Shown here piece after piece: positions 8,077-20,611 of a stretch of 64,000 bases of DNA. The translations under genes and the position numbers were made by a program. Under the pieces are notes generated by a model. It was not told the DNA's origin, searched no databases, and saw nothing but the letters and a program-made list of their open reading frames with translations. Every line of letters begins with the position of its first letter. Position 1 is the stretch's first letter. This stretch comes from an uncultured bacterium (GTDB lineage Bacteria; Bacillota_I; Bacilli_A; RFN20; CAG-826): positions 130,727 to 194,726 of the forward strand of contig CASERQ010000002.1 in the NCBI GenBank assembly GCA_949290395.1, written 5' to 3'.

Positions 8077-10412
8077 TGAAAAAAGTTGAATTATCAGTTC
8101 ACGAACTTGTTGATTTTGTCCTTAGAAAAGGCAGTATTGATACCCGAACTTTTAATGCTATAACGATGCAAGAGGGTACAAGACTTCATTCAATTTATCA
8201 AAGTAAACAAGGTGATAATTATTTAAAAGAATATCCTTTAAATGGTTATTTTACCTACCAAGATTATTTGATTTATCTTATTGGAAGAGCAGATGGCATC
8301 ATTTTAAAAGATATTCCAATTATTGAAGAAATTAAGTCTACAAACGCAGATTTAGATAAATTTTTTGAAGAAAACGAAGCTTGGCATCTTGGTCAAGCCA
8401 TTTGCTATGCATACTTATATTTAAGAGAAAAGAAAATAGACGAAATTTCAATTAGATTAACCTATATTTCTCAAATAGATCCATCAAAACTCTTAAAAAA
8501 GGACTATAAATTTAGCGAAGACGAACTTTTAAATATAATTAACTCTTATTTTCGCGATTACTTTGAGTTTGCAAGTATCATAGAAATCCGCAATCAAAAA
8601 AGAGATGAAACTCTTGAAGAACTTGTTTTTCCTTTTGAAGAAATTAGAAGCGGACAAAAAGAGTTAATTGAATTCACTAAAGAGACGATTGCAAACGTAG
8701 AACTTAGTTTTGCAGAAGCAAGCACTGGAATTGGAAAAACTATAGCCTGTATTTATTCAACTCTTGGATATTTAAAAAACAAAAAATTAGATAAAATTTT
8801 TTATCTTTGTCCAAAAAATATTAATTTTGATAACTCAGCAAAGGCTTTAGAAATATTAAATAACTATGGATATAAGTTATCTTACGTCGAAATAAGAGCT
8901 AAATCTAAAATGTGCCCTTACAATTTAGAAAAAAACTGTAATCCTAATGATTGTCCTTTATCAATTAATTATTACTCCAAATTAAAAGAAGCGTTGAGTG
9001 ATGCTTTAAAACACGATGATCTTTTCGATAGCGAAACGATTAATAAATATTCGTCGAAATATGAGATTTGTCCTTTTGAGTTTTCTTTAGATTTATCATT
9101 ATTTGTTGATTTTCTAATATGTGATTACAACTATGCTTTTCACCCAATTTCATATTTAAAACGCTTCTTTGATGCGCCTGATAAAGCATATAAACTTTTT
9201 GCTCTCATCGACGAAGCCCACAATCTTATCGATCGAGCTCGTGATATGTATAGCGTAACTTTTGACGAAAAATCATATAAGAATTTGTTAAAAGAAGTGA
9301 AAGAATATAAAACAAATGAATTAAATAGAATAATTAGAAAAATAAATAAAGATATTAAATTGTTTAAAAAATTTGAGTTTGAAGATAAACCAATTATTCT
9401 TGAAAATATCGACAAAGATTTCATTAGTAAGCTCCAAACTTTTAAGACTGTAATGAGTAAAATTGAAGCGGATAACCCTAAATTAAAACTTAAAAAAGGA
9501 AGAGATTTTCTTATAGATTTACATAAATTTTTAGTAATTTTTGATTCCATAAATGACGGATTTAAGATTATTCTGTCAAGTTTTCATGATAATTTAGAAA
9601 TCAAACTTTTTTGCATTGACCCTTCTGAATACTTAAATAGAACTCTTTTTAAATTTATGGGGGCAGAATTTTTTAGTGCAACTTTAACACCTGTAGATTA
9701 TTTTGAAAAAGTTACTTTAAATAACGATAAATATAAAAATATAAGATTAGAATCACCATTTGATGCGGAAAACTTCCTTCTCTTAGTTAATCATTCTCTT
9801 TCCATTAAATACAAGGATAGGATGGCAACAATTGACGAAGTCTCTAAAGAAATCGAATGTTTTGTCTCTAAAAAAGTAGGAAACTATTTTGTTTTTGTTC
9901 CTTCTTTTGAATATTTATCGATGATTCAAGATCGTTTTAAAGATGATGAACGCTTTATTTTTCAAAAAGCAACAATGTCTATAAAAGAAAAAGATGAATT
10001 TTTGGCAAATTTTGTAGAAAATCCTCAATCAACAAAGGTTGGAATTTGTGTAATCAGTGGTTCTTTTTCAGAAAGTGTGGATTTGACTGGAGATAGATTA
10101 ATTGGAGTTGTTGTAGTTGGTGTAGGAATGCCACAAGTTAATTTTGAAAATAATCTAATAAAAGAATTTTATGACTCAAAAGAAATTAATGGATTTGATT
10201 TTGCTTACACTAATCCTGGAATAAATAAAGTTCTTCAAGCAATTGGAAGAGTTATAAGAACAAAAAACGACAAAGGATGCGCATTAATCATTGATTCACG
10301 ATATTCTTATGGAAATTATCGAAAAATAATTGAATCAAGATATAAGAACCTTAAAAGAATAAGAAATATAAACGAACTTAATCTTTCTTTAGAATCTTTT
10401 TATAAAAAATAA
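8076..10412 (+). CDS. PD-(D/E)XK (RecB/Cas4-like) nuclease fused to an XPD/DinG-family 4Fe-4S SF2 helicase
   Basis: N-terminus has D...EIK and QAICY (QxxxY) nuclease motifs; helicase motif I AEASTGIGKT, DEAH box LIDEAHNL, four Cys (MCPY, KNCN, NDCP, EICPF) between motifs I and II, motifs V/VI GSFSESVDL and QAIGRVIRT. Confidence 0.8.
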   Translation: MKKVELSVHELVDFVLRKGSIDTRTFNAITMQEGTRLHSIYQSKQGDNYLKEYPLNGYFTYQDYLIYLIGRADGIILKDIPIIEEIKSTNADLDKFFEENEAWHLGQAICYAYLYLREKKIDEISIRLTYISQIDPSKLLKKDYKFSEDELLNIINSYFRDYFEFASIIEIRNQKRDETLEELVFPFEEIRSGQKELIEFTKETIANVELSFAEASTGIGKTIACIYSTLGYLKNKKLDKIFYLCPKNINFDNSAKALEILNNYGYKLSYVEIRAKSKMCPYNLEKNCNPNDCPLSINYYSKLKEALSDALKHDDLFDSETINKYSSKYEICPFEFSLDLSLFVDFLICDYNYAFHPISYLKRFFDAPDKAYKLFALIDEAHNLIDRARDMYSVTFDEKSYKNLLKEVKEYKTNELNRIIRKINKDIKLFKKFEFEDKPIILENIDKDFISKLQTFKTVMSKIEADNPKLKLKKGRDFLIDLHKFLVIFDSINDGFKIILSSFHDNLEIKLFCIDPSEYLNRTLFKFMGAEFFSATLTPVDYFEKVTLNNDKYKNIRLESPFDAENFLLLVNHSLSIKYKDRMATIDEVSKEIECFVSKKVGNYFVFVPSFEYLSMIQDRFKDDERFIFQKATMSIKEKDEFLANFVENPQSTKVGICVISGSFSESVDLTGDRLIGVVVVGVGMPQVNFENNLIKEFYDSKEINGFDFAYTNPGINKVLQAIGRVIRTKNDKGCALIIDSRYSYGNYRKIIESRYKNLKRIRNINELNLSLESFYKK

Positions 10413-10434
10413 TTAGTGATATACTTTTTGAGTT

Positions 10435-12252
10435 ATGAAATACGACCAATCAAAAATCAGAAACTTTAGTGTAATTGCTCATATAGATCATGGAAAATCT
10501 ACTCTTTGTGATCGTATTTTGGAATTGACTGAAACTATTGAAAAAAGAGAGATGAAATCCCAAATCCTTGATGATATGGACCTTGAAAGAGAAAGAGGAA
10601 TTACAATCAAACTTAATGCTGTTACTGTTAATTACCATGCTAAGAATGGTGAAGATTATATTTTAAATTTAATCGACACTCCGGGGCACGTCGACTTTAC
10701 ATATGAAGTTAGTAGATCTTTAGCAGCATGTGAAGGAGCAGTACTTGTTATTGATTCAACTCAAGGAGTTGAAGCGCAAACTTTAGCTAATATGTATTTA
10801 GCAATTGATAACAATCTTGAAATTGTTCCAGTTTTAAACAAAATTGATCTTGCAAGTTCTAGAATTGAAGCTTGCAAAGAAGAAATTACTTCGCGAATTG
10901 GACTTGATGGAGAACATGCGATTCCTGTTAGTGCTAAAACTGGCGAAAATATAAAAGAAATTTTAGAAAGAATAGTTACCGATATTCCCGCACCAAGTGG
11001 TGATAATAACGCTCCATTAAAAGCGCTTATTTTTGATTCATATTACGATTCATATCGTGGTGTTGTTGTTTTAATTAGAGTAAAAGAAGGACAAGTTAAG
11101 GTTGGTGACACTATTAAATTAATGAGATCTGGAGCCGAATTTACCGTAACAGAACTAGGAATAAGAACTCCAAAAGAAGTCCAAAGTGACGCTTTATATT
11201 GTGGTGAAGTCGGCTATCTTTGTGCTCAAATTAAAGATATTAAAGAAGTTAGAGTAGGTGATACTATCACTTTGAAAGATAAACCAGCGTTATTGCCATT
11301 ACCTGGCTATAAAAAAATTAATCCAATGGTTTATTGTGGTATTTATCCTAGTGACTCGAAAAAATATGAAGATTTAAAAGAAGCCTTAGAAAAACTTTCT
11401 TTAAATGATGCATCACTTCGCTATGAACCTGAAACTTCGCAAGCTTTAGGTTTTGGCTTTAGATGTGGTTTTTTAGGCTTATTACACATGGATGTTATTC
11501 AAGAAAGGCTTGAAAGAGAATATGGATTAGACCTAATTTTAACCGCACCAAGTGTTATTTATAAGGTATTTTTAACAAATGGAGAATCTTTTGAACTATC
11601 AAATCCAAGCGAACTCCCTGATTTAACAACAATTGATCATTTAGAAGAACCATATGTTAAAGCAGAAATCATGATGCCAAAAGATTATATCGGTCCTGTA
11701 ATGCAATTATGTCAAGATAGAAGAGGTATTTATAAAAATCTTGAATATTTTGACGAAACAAGAATGATTTTAACCTATGAAATGCCTTTAAGTGAGATTA
11801 TTTTTAATTTCTTTGACAAACTAAAATCATTTACTAAAGGTTATGCAAGTTTAGATTATGAATTTGAAGAATATAAAGAGTCTAATTTAACTAAGATGGA
11901 TATCTTATTAAATGGTGATGTAATTGATGCTTTAAGTTCCATTGTTTATAAGCCATTTGCCTATCATAGAGGATTAAAAATTGTTTCTAAATTAAAAGAA
12001 GTAATCCCACGTCAACAATTTGAAATACCTGTTCAAGCAGCAATAAATGGCAAAATAATTGCAAGAGCCGATATTAAAGCTGTTAGAAAAGATGTTTTAG
12101 CAAAATGTTATGGTGGCGATATTACCAGAAAGAAGAAGTTGTTAGAGAAACAAAAAGAAGGTAAAAAGAGAATGAAATCAATAGGTTCTGTTGATGTACC
12201 TCAAGAAGCATTTATGTCAATTTTAAGCATAGATGATGAAGATGGTAATTAA
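10435..12252 (+). CDS. lepA: elongation factor 4 (LepA)
   Basis: GTPase motifs [18 protein letters not shown]; 605 aa. Confidence 0.95.
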   Translation: MKYDQSKIRNFSVIAHIDHGKSTLCDRILELTETIEKREMKSQILDDMDLERERGITIKLNAVTVNYHAKNGEDYILNLIDTPGHVDFTYEVSRSLAACEGAVLVIDSTQGVEAQTLANMYLAIDNNLEIVPVLNKIDLASSRIEACKEEITSRIGLDGEHAIPVSAKTGENIKEILERIVTDIPAPSGDNNAPLKALIFDSYYDSYRGVVVLIRVKEGQVKVGDTIKLMRSGAEFTVTELGIRTPKEVQSDALYCGEVGYLCAQIKDIKEVRVGDTITLKDKPALLPLPGYKKINPMVYCGIYPSDSKKYEDLKEALEKLSLNDASLRYEPETSQALGFGFRCGFLGLLHMDVIQERLEREYGLDLILTAPSVIYKVFLTNGESFELSNPSELPDLTTIDHLEEPYVKAEIMMPKDYIGPVMQLCQDRRGIYKNLEYFDETRMILTYEMPLSEIIFNFFDKLKSFTKGYASLDYEFEEYKESNLTKMDILLNGDVIDALSSIVYKPFAYHRGLKIVSKLKEVIPRQQFEIPVQAAINGKIIARADIKAVRKDVLAKCYGGDITRKKKLLEKQKEGKKRMKSIGSVDVPQEAFMSILSIDDEDGN

Positions 12253-12357
12253 CTGAGTAAATAATTAGTAGTGAACTAGTAGTTTTTTAGTAATATTTCT
12301 TTCTATTTTAACGAAAAAGACCTATAATGTTTTTATAAATATTTGAAGGGTAAAATT

Positions 12358-13962
12358 ATGGCTAATCTTGATTACATAAAAAAATTTAGCAACGAAATTT
12401 ATGCAACTAAAAAAGATATAGAAATTGAGATGAAAACACCTCTTGTTGATGGAATTTGGACACAAGTTTTATCATATAGACGCGATTTTTATGAAACAAT
12501 TCCACTTGTTAATTATGATTCGAATAGATTTTCTATATGTTTAACACCTGTTATTTCTAAGAAAATTAATGCTTTTGAAAGAAAGTTAACAGGTCTTCTT
12601 AACGAATATTCAAAACTTCAAAGAAATTATGCAAATGAATATTTTAGACGTAAACAATATAAGAAAATTCTTAAATATATTGCTAAAAAATATCGTATAG
12701 ATACTCAAGATACTGTTTTAGATGGCATAATTGATGGAACGATTACCTACAATTTGCCAACCGATCAAATGATTTTACAAAGATATTATGCTTGTTTAGA
12801 TGATATCGAAAAAAATTATTTACAAGATATTACCGAAAATACCATTGGTAATTTCTATTCAAAATTAATGGGCACGGAAGATTTAACTTCCTATTACCGC
12901 AAAACTGATTCGAATAAATATAGTGGCTACAATATTGGCGGAGTTAAATTAGGTGCTGCTCCAAATAAAATTGAATCTTTGGTTAATCAACTCATTAAAT
13001 TTATCAACTATGATAACCAAAGTGTATTAGTTAAAGCAGTAGCAACCTTCTATTACATTTATTACATCAAGCCTTTTGAAAATTACAGCGAAGAAATCGC
13101 ATTATTAATGATGAAAAAGGTATTTGCATACAATGATTTTAACGAATTATCTGCACTTATTGCTTTCGAAGTCCTTTTAACAGATCGTGATTTACTCGAA
13201 AAGAAGATTGCGGATTGTCAAAAAACATATGATTTAACATACTTAGTCGCTCACGTTTTAAGTGTTATCAGCGAAGACTTAAATAAGTTAGATGATGAAA
13301 TTGTGGAATCACAAAATCACACAATAAGAAAAGAGTTGTATCAAGCTGATGAAGCAAAACAAGATAAACCTTTATATGAAGAACCTTCTTTAGCAGTTAA
13401 CGTTCCTAATCAAACTTTAGACAATGATAAAGTTCCTCTTACTGAAAGTGAAATGCATAACACCAGTTTCGAGAAACCTGTTGTTGAAGTAGAAGAAAAA
13501 GTTGAGAGCGTTGAAGAAGTTAAAGTTGAATCAGAAGAAAAACCAATTCTTGAAGAACCAAAAGTTGAAGAAAATCTCGATAAATATCGTAGTTCCGAAG
13601 AAATACAAGCTTATAAAGATTTAGTTAAACCAGTTCAACCTACAATACACGGAAGCGAAAAACTTAGTTTCTCTCAAAACATTGCAATTGCAAATGTTCC
13701 AACCGGTTTATCAGAAGAAGAAGCTTCAAAACTAGAATTACATTTAATGGAAATGAATCCAAGTTTATCTCATGGACAAGCTTATTTCTATGCAAGACAT
13801 TGTACAATCGGCATGTATTATACTGTCGATCAATATAAAAAATGTGTTGGGTGCGCTTACGAAACAGCCCGTACAAGCATGAACAACCTTGTTGTTCTTG
13901 GGTATTACAAAAAAGAAATTTTAAAGAAAAAATTTGTATATATACCAGTTAAAAGAAATTAG
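12358..13962 (+). CDS. Fic/Doc-fold protein with degenerate Fic motif, E/K-rich linker and C-terminal winged-helix-like domain
   Basis: Fic core context VKAVATFYYIYYIKPFENYSEEIALLMM replaces HPFx(D/E)GNGR; acidic EEK repeat region; track ORF starts at TTG 12343, ATG at 12358 preferred. Confidence 0.55.
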   Translation: MANLDYIKKFSNEIYATKKDIEIEMKTPLVDGIWTQVLSYRRDFYETIPLVNYDSNRFSICLTPVISKKINAFERKLTGLLNEYSKLQRNYANEYFRRKQYKKILKYIAKKYRIDTQDTVLDGIIDGTITYNLPTDQMILQRYYACLDDIEKNYLQDITENTIGNFYSKLMGTEDLTSYYRKTDSNKYSGYNIGGVKLGAAPNKIESLVNQLIKFINYDNQSVLVKAVATFYYIYYIKPFENYSEEIALLMMKKVFAYNDFNELSALIAFEVLLTDRDLLEKKIADCQKTYDLTYLVAHVLSVISEDLNKLDDEIVESQNHTIRKELYQADEAKQDKPLYEEPSLAVNVPNQTLDNDKVPLTESEMHNTSFEKPVVEVEEKVESVEEVKVESEEKPILEEPKVEENLDKYRSSEEIQAYKDLVKPVQPTIHGSEKLSFSQNIAIANVPTGLSEEEASKLELHLMEMNPSLSHGQAYFYARHCTIGMYYTVDQYKKCVGCAYETARTSMNNLVVLGYYKKEILKKKFVYIPVKRN

Positions 13963-13974
13963 GAGAAAATTGAT

Positions 13975-14229
13975 ATGGCATTTAGAGTTTTAGCAGAATG
14001 GTACAATGAACCTTGGGCAATTTTCATTTTCATTGTTTTAATATTCGGAATTTTAGCACTTTGTGTCTTCTTATTTTCTAAATTTGTTCTTAACAAGAAT
14101 AAAGTTGAAGAAAAACCAACTGAAGAAGAACTAACCAAAGAAACTTTAGATAGATATCTTGAAGAAGTTGATAGTCCTGAAACTCAAAAACAATTTGATG
14201 AATACGAAAAAGATAAAGAAAATAAGTAG
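13975..14229 (+). CDS. small membrane protein (one TM helix, acidic tail)
   Basis: 84 aa; hydrophobic segment IFIFIVLIFGILALCVFLF; RBS-like AGGAGAAAA upstream. Confidence 0.45.
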   Translation: MAFRVLAEWYNEPWAIFIFIVLIFGILALCVFLFSKFVLNKNKVEEKPTEEELTKETLDRYLEEVDSPETQKQFDEYEKDKENK

Positions 14230-15307
14230 TCTTTATATACATATTCCTTTTTGTGATTCGATATGTCCTTATTGTGATTTTACAAAATTCATAAGTAAGG
14301 ACATTTTTAAGTCTAAATATATTGATGAATTACTAAAGGATTTAAGAAAGTTATATAAAAAGAATTATAGATTTAAAACCATCTATATTGGCGGCGGAAC
14401 ACCAACCTGCTTATCCTATCTTGACCTTAAAAGGTTACTTAGTTTTACTAAATTACTTTTAAATGAGAAAGATTATGAATTCACAATTGAAGCGAATCCT
14501 GAATCAATAGATGAAAGCAAATTAAGACTCTTTAAATCGTGTAAAATTAATCGAATTTCAATAGGAATTCAAACTTTTAATAAAAATCTTTTAAAAACCA
14601 TAAATAGAGATTACGGAATTGATTATTTTTCATTAATTAATTTAGTTAAAAAGTATATTAACAATATTAACGTTGATTTAATTTATGGATTACCAAATCA
14701 AACTAAAGAAGATTTAGAAAACGATTTAAAAAATATTATTAAGTTAGATATAAAACACGTTTCTACTTATAGTTTATCAATCAACTCAATGTCGATTTTT
14801 TATGTAAAAAAAGTAAAAGAAGTGAGTGAAGATGAATCACGATCTTTTTATGACTTAATATTGAAAACTTTAAGAGAAAACGGCTTTGAAAGATATGAAG
14901 TTAGTAATTTTGCTAAAAAAGGTTATGAAAGTAAACACAACACAACTTATTGGAAAGATGAAGAATATTTTGGTCTAGGTTGTGGAGCAAGTGGCTACAT
15001 TTATCCTTATAGATATAAGAACTCTTCATCCTTAACCTCATATTTAAAAGGAAAAAGAGAAGTCGAAAAAGAACTAGTAACAAAAGAAGATGATATTGAA
15101 TATTTTTTAATTTGCAATTTAAGACTAAAAGATGGATTTAAAATTGAAGATTTTAATAAAAAATTCAACATTGATTTTCTTAGAATATACGAAAATAAAA
15201 TTGAAAAATTCATAAAAAATAATAGATTAAACATTAAAAATGGCAGAATTTTTTGTTCAGATGAAGGCCTAATTACCTTAGATTTAATTTTGCGAGAATT
15301 CATTTAA
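14198..15307 (+). CDS. hemW: radical SAM heme chaperone HemW (oxygen-independent coproporphyrinogen-III oxidase-like)
   Basis: CxxxCxxC (FCDSICPYCDF) radical-SAM motif; lepA-hemW-hrcA synteny; start inferred at internal Met (track ORF from 14159). Confidence 0.8.
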   Translation: MNTKKIKKISSLYIHIPFCDSICPYCDFTKFISKDIFKSKYIDELLKDLRKLYKKNYRFKTIYIGGGTPTCLSYLDLKRLLSFTKLLLNEKDYEFTIEANPESIDESKLRLFKSCKINRISIGIQTFNKNLLKTINRDYGIDYFSLINLVKKYINNINVDLIYGLPNQTKEDLENDLKNIIKLDIKHVSTYSLSINSMSIFYVKKVKEVSEDESRSFYDLILKTLRENGFERYEVSNFAKKGYESKHNTTYWKDEEYFGLGCGASGYIYPYRYKNSSSLTSYLKGKREVEKELVTKEDDIEYFLICNLRLKDGFKIEDFNKKFNIDFLRIYENKIEKFIKNNRLNIKNGRIFCSDEGLITLDLILREFI

Positions 15308-15312
15308 AATAA

Positions 15313-15339
15313 TTAGCACTTTTATATTGACACTGCTAA
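15313..15339 (+). promoter_or_regulatory. CIRCE-like inverted repeat 1 (degenerate) overlapping the hrcA promoter -35
   Basis: TTAGCACTT-N9-CACTGCTAA vs consensus TTAGCACTC-N9-GAGTGCTAA. Confidence 0.5.
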
Positions 15340-15354
15340 ATTTCTCTATATAAT
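15327..15354 (+). promoter_or_regulatory. sigma-A type promoter of the hrcA-grpE-dnaK operon
   Basis: TTGACA (15327-15332), 16-bp spacer, TATAAT (15349-15354). Confidence 0.6.
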
Positions 15355-15358
15355 TTAA

Positions 15359-15385
15359 GTAGCACTTAGGAAGGAAGAGTGCTAG
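15359..15385 (+). promoter_or_regulatory. CIRCE operator 2 (HrcA binding site)
   Basis: GTAGCACTT-N9-GAGTGCTAG, 9-nt spacer, immediately upstream of the hrcA ATG. Confidence 0.75.
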
Positions 15386-15395
15386 AAATTAAATT

Positions 15396-16448
15396 ATGTC
15401 ACTTACAAGAAGAGAGAAATTATTAAAACTAATTGTTGAAGATTTCGTTAAGACAGCAGAACCTGTTGGTTCTAACTATCTTATTAAAAAATATAATCTT
15501 CCTATTTCGAGTGCGACCATAAGAAACGAAATGAACGCTCTCGAAAAAGAAGGAATGCTTGAAAAAACACATACATCAAGTGGTAGAGTTCCTTCAACAC
15601 TTGGCTACGAGTATTACATCAAAAATCTTAGAAACAATAAGATTGATGAAAAGATGAAAAACGAACTCAATAGAGTATTTGCTAACACAAGTTCGGTTGA
15701 AGAAATTTTAAGAGAAAGTTGTGAAATTCTCTCTCACATGACTAATCTAGCAAGTGTTGTTCTTGGACCAAGTGCAAGTGAAGAGCATTTGATTTCAATA
15801 CATCTTATTCCTCTTTCTGAAAATTCATTCACTGCGATATTTGTTACAGATAGAGGCTATGTTGAAAATAAGACGTTTACAACAAATTCTCAATATAAGA
15901 TTGCTGATCTTAAAAAGTGTATTGAAGTATTAAATGATCGTCTTAAAGGTACTCAAATTAGTGCCTTATGCGATAAATTAGAGAGCTTAAAGCCAATATT
16001 GTCAGACTATATGAGTGATTATGCTTACTTATATAACGTTCTCATTAAAACATTCGCAGACATCGCTGCAAATAGAAGTGGGGCTATATATGGTAAAGAA
16101 AATTTACTCAAACAACCTGAATTTAAAGATGATGCTAATGAACTTAAAAAGTTGTTCGATCTCTTCGAGAATCCAAGTGATCTTGAAAAGATTATGAATG
16201 AAGCACAAAATCGTTTCTTGCTTAATGTAGGTACGGTTGAAGAAAAATATAGTGACGTTAGCGTTGTTTCTAAAGAAATCGCTGTTGATGGCGAAAAAGT
16301 TGGAAAAATTGCTGTTATTGGTCCAACTAGAATGGATTATTCAAAAGTATTTAATAGTTTAGATTATATTGTCGATAGAATTATGGAGTGTTTATCACAT
16401 GAAGATATTCAAGAAGAAGAAGGAGGGAATGATGGAAGAGAGCAATAA
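15396..16448 (+). CDS. hrcA: heat-inducible transcription repressor HrcA
   Basis: 350 aa; N-terminal wHTH (VGSNYL); precedes grpE-dnaK-dnaJ. Confidence 0.9.
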   Translation: MSLTRREKLLKLIVEDFVKTAEPVGSNYLIKKYNLPISSATIRNEMNALEKEGMLEKTHTSSGRVPSTLGYEYYIKNLRNNKIDEKMKNELNRVFANTSSVEEILRESCEILSHMTNLASVVLGPSASEEHLISIHLIPLSENSFTAIFVTDRGYVENKTFTTNSQYKIADLKKCIEVLNDRLKGTQISALCDKLESLKPILSDYMSDYAYLYNVLIKTFADIAANRSGAIYGKENLLKQPEFKDDANELKKLFDLFENPSDLEKIMNEAQNRFLLNVGTVEEKYSDVSVVSKEIAVDGEKVGKIAVIGPTRMDYSKVFNSLDYIVDRIMECLSHEDIQEEEGGNDGREQ

Positions 16449-17022
16449 ATCCCCTGAACAAGAAGTAAAAGAAGAAAAGAAAAAAGAGGAAAAAGTTGAT
16501 AAAAAAGAAGATTTACTAAAAAAAGCAGAAGCTGACTGTGAACATTGGAAAAACGAGTATTACAAAGCTTATGCAGATATGGCAAATCTAAGAAAAGAAA
16601 TAGATAAAGATCACCGCGAAGCCATCAAATATCGTCTTGAAGGCTTCATTGATAAAATTGTTGGCTTACTTGATGCCTTCGATATGGCTTTCAAAAATGA
16701 ACCAACAACAACTGAAATGAAAAATTATCTCACTGGATTCCAATACATTCATAAAACTTTATTAAACGTGCTTAATGAAGAGGGTGTTGAAACTTTAGAA
16801 CCAAAAATTGGAACTAAATTCGACGCCGCTACCATGCAAGCCGTTGAAGTTGTAGATGATGAAGGTGAAGAGAATTTAGTTAAAGAAGTTACTTTAAAAG
16901 GATATAAGTTACATGATCATTTAATTAGAGCAGCTATGGTTGTTGTAACAAAACATCCAAGTAAAGAAGTTAAAGAAACTTCAGAAGAAAACAAAGAAGA
17001 CAAAGAGGAATTAAAAGCCTAA
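16429..17022 (+). CDS. grpE: nucleotide exchange factor GrpE
   Basis: GrpE fold; start at ATGATG after GGAGGG (track ORF from 16369 overlaps hrcA). Confidence 0.85.
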   Translation: MMEESNKSPEQEVKEEKKKEEKVDKKEDLLKKAEADCEHWKNEYYKAYADMANLRKEIDKDHREAIKYRLEGFIDKIVGLLDAFDMAFKNEPTTTEMKNYLTGFQYIHKTLLNVLNEEGVETLEPKIGTKFDAATMQAVEVVDDEGEENLVKEVTLKGYKLHDHLIRAAMVVVTKHPSKEVKETSEENKEDKEELKA

Positions 17023-17032
17023 GGAGGTATAA

Positions 17033-18886
<1,854 letters not shown>

Positions 18887-18909
18887 AATCTAAATTTATT
18901 CGAAAAATA

Positions 18910-18937
18910 GGGAAGTTGTAAGCGACTTCCCTTTACT
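18910..18937 (+). terminator. partial terminator/attenuator hairpin between dnaK and dnaJ
   Basis: GGGAAGT-loop-ACTTCCC followed by TTTACT. Confidence 0.4.
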
Positions 18938-18956
18938 AGCTTAAAGAGGTATAGAA

Positions 18957-20123
18957 ATGGCAGCTTCAAAACGAGATTATTATGATGTTCTTGGCGTAGC
19001 TAAAACTGCAACCCAAGACGAAATTAAAAAAGCATATAGACAACTCGCCAAAAAATACCACCCAGATAACAAAGAAACCGGTGATGCTGAGAAATTTAAA
19101 GAATGTACAGAAGCTTTTAGTGTTTTAAATGACGAGCAAAAGAGAAGAACTTATGATCAATTCGGTCATGCTGCATTTGATCAAACAGCTGGTGGTTCAA
19201 ACCCATTTAGTGGAAGTGGTTTTGAAGGTTTTAATTTCAATGGTGGTTCATTTGACGATTTAAATGATATTTTAAATAAGATGTTTGGCGGATTTGGAGG
19301 AGGATTCGGTGGTGGATTCTCATCTAGATCTTCTAATAGAACTGGCCCAAGAAGAGGCGATGATACAATGATGCGTATCCGTATTAATTTTATGGATGCG
19401 ATTAACGGCAAAACCGTTACTATTCCACTTACTTATGAAGAAAAATGTAGTGCATGTAACGGAACAGGTGCACTTCATGGTACAGAATATACAACATGTC
19501 CAACATGTAAAGGTAGAGGAAGAGTTTTAACTCAACAACGAAGTATTTTTGGCATTATTCAACAAGAAACTGTCTGTCCAGATTGTCATGGAAGCGGTAA
19601 AAAGATTAAAACTGCTTGCACAGAATGTGGTGGTGTTGGTTATAAAAAGGTTAAAACCGAAATTGATGTAAAAATTCCTGCTGGTATTCAATCTGGTCAA
19701 CAAATTAGAGTCCAAGGAAAAGGCGAAAGAGGGGCAAATGGTGGCGACAACGGCGATTTATATATCGAAGTAGTTGTTGCTAAACATGATTATTTCACAA
19801 GAGATGGAAATGATATCCATATTAACGTTCCACTCGATTTTGTAGATGCATGTCTAGGTTGCACAATCACTGTTCCAACTGTATACGGCGAAGCAGAACT
19901 TAAAGTAAATGCTGGAACACAACCAAATGACATTTTAACTTTAAAAGGGAAAGGTGTTAAAGATTTAAGAGGAAATGGCGTTGGTAATGAATACGTTCAT
20001 ATCAACTTAAAGACACCAACATATTTAAACAAAGATCAAAAGAAAGCTTTAGAAGACTTTAAACATGCTACAAAGCAAGGCGATACTTTCTTTGATAAGT
20101 TTAAAAGAGCATTTAAAAAATAG
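18957..20123 (+). CDS. dnaJ: molecular chaperone DnaJ
   Basis: J domain with HPD; G/F-rich region; four CxxCxGxG zinc repeats. Confidence 0.95.
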   Translation: MAASKRDYYDVLGVAKTATQDEIKKAYRQLAKKYHPDNKETGDAEKFKECTEAFSVLNDEQKRRTYDQFGHAAFDQTAGGSNPFSGSGFEGFNFNGGSFDDLNDILNKMFGGFGGGFGGGFSSRSSNRTGPRRGDDTMMRIRINFMDAINGKTVTIPLTYEEKCSACNGTGALHGTEYTTCPTCKGRGRVLTQQRSIFGIIQQETVCPDCHGSGKKIKTACTECGGVGYKKVKTEIDVKIPAGIQSGQQIRVQGKGERGANGGDNGDLYIEVVVAKHDYFTRDGNDIHINVPLDFVDACLGCTITVPTVYGEAELKVNAGTQPNDILTLKGKGVKDLRGNGVGNEYVHINLKTPTYLNKDQKKALEDFKHATKQGDTFFDKFKRAFKK

Positions 20124-20164
20124 TTTTTAAAGTTTATACTTATAACACGAAAAGGGGTAGTTTT

Positions 20165-20611
20165 ATGCCAAAGTGTAAATTCTGTGGAGAAAACATAACT
20201 AAATTTGACAAAGAAATTTGCCCTTTTTGTGGCGGCAAAAAACCACTTGAAGGGAATGATACTTTTACTTCAGATATAACGCAAACTATTAATACAGTCG
20301 ACAAAGTGAAAGTAAATAAATTCAAGGAACGTAAAAAGCTTGTTAATGCTTTACTATGTATGTTTCTTGGCATTTTTGGTGCTGATAGTATATATTTAGG
20401 GAAAATTAAGTTAGGAATTAGTAGATTATTAGTAAGTGCTATTTATATTTCAGCCTTGTTTTGCTTGCTTTATTTTATGCCAACAGGTCTTAATCTAGGG
20501 TTTTGTTTATTAATTAGCATAGGATCTATTTTCTTAGTTTATTTTGCTATTGGTATTTCTTATTTATTTGTCGATGGTAAAAAAGACGTTAATGGAGTGT
20601 ATCTAAGATAA
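20165..20611 (+). CDS. zinc-ribbon plus TM2-domain membrane protein
   Basis: CKFCG...CPFCGG zinc ribbon; TM2-like LGIFGADSIYLG; three TM helices. Confidence 0.6.
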   Translation: MPKCKFCGENITKFDKEICPFCGGKKPLEGNDTFTSDITQTINTVDKVKVNKFKERKKLVNALLCMFLGIFGADSIYLGKIKLGISRLLVSAIYISALFCLLYFMPTGLNLGFCLLISIGSIFLVYFAIGISYLFVDGKKDVNGVYLR

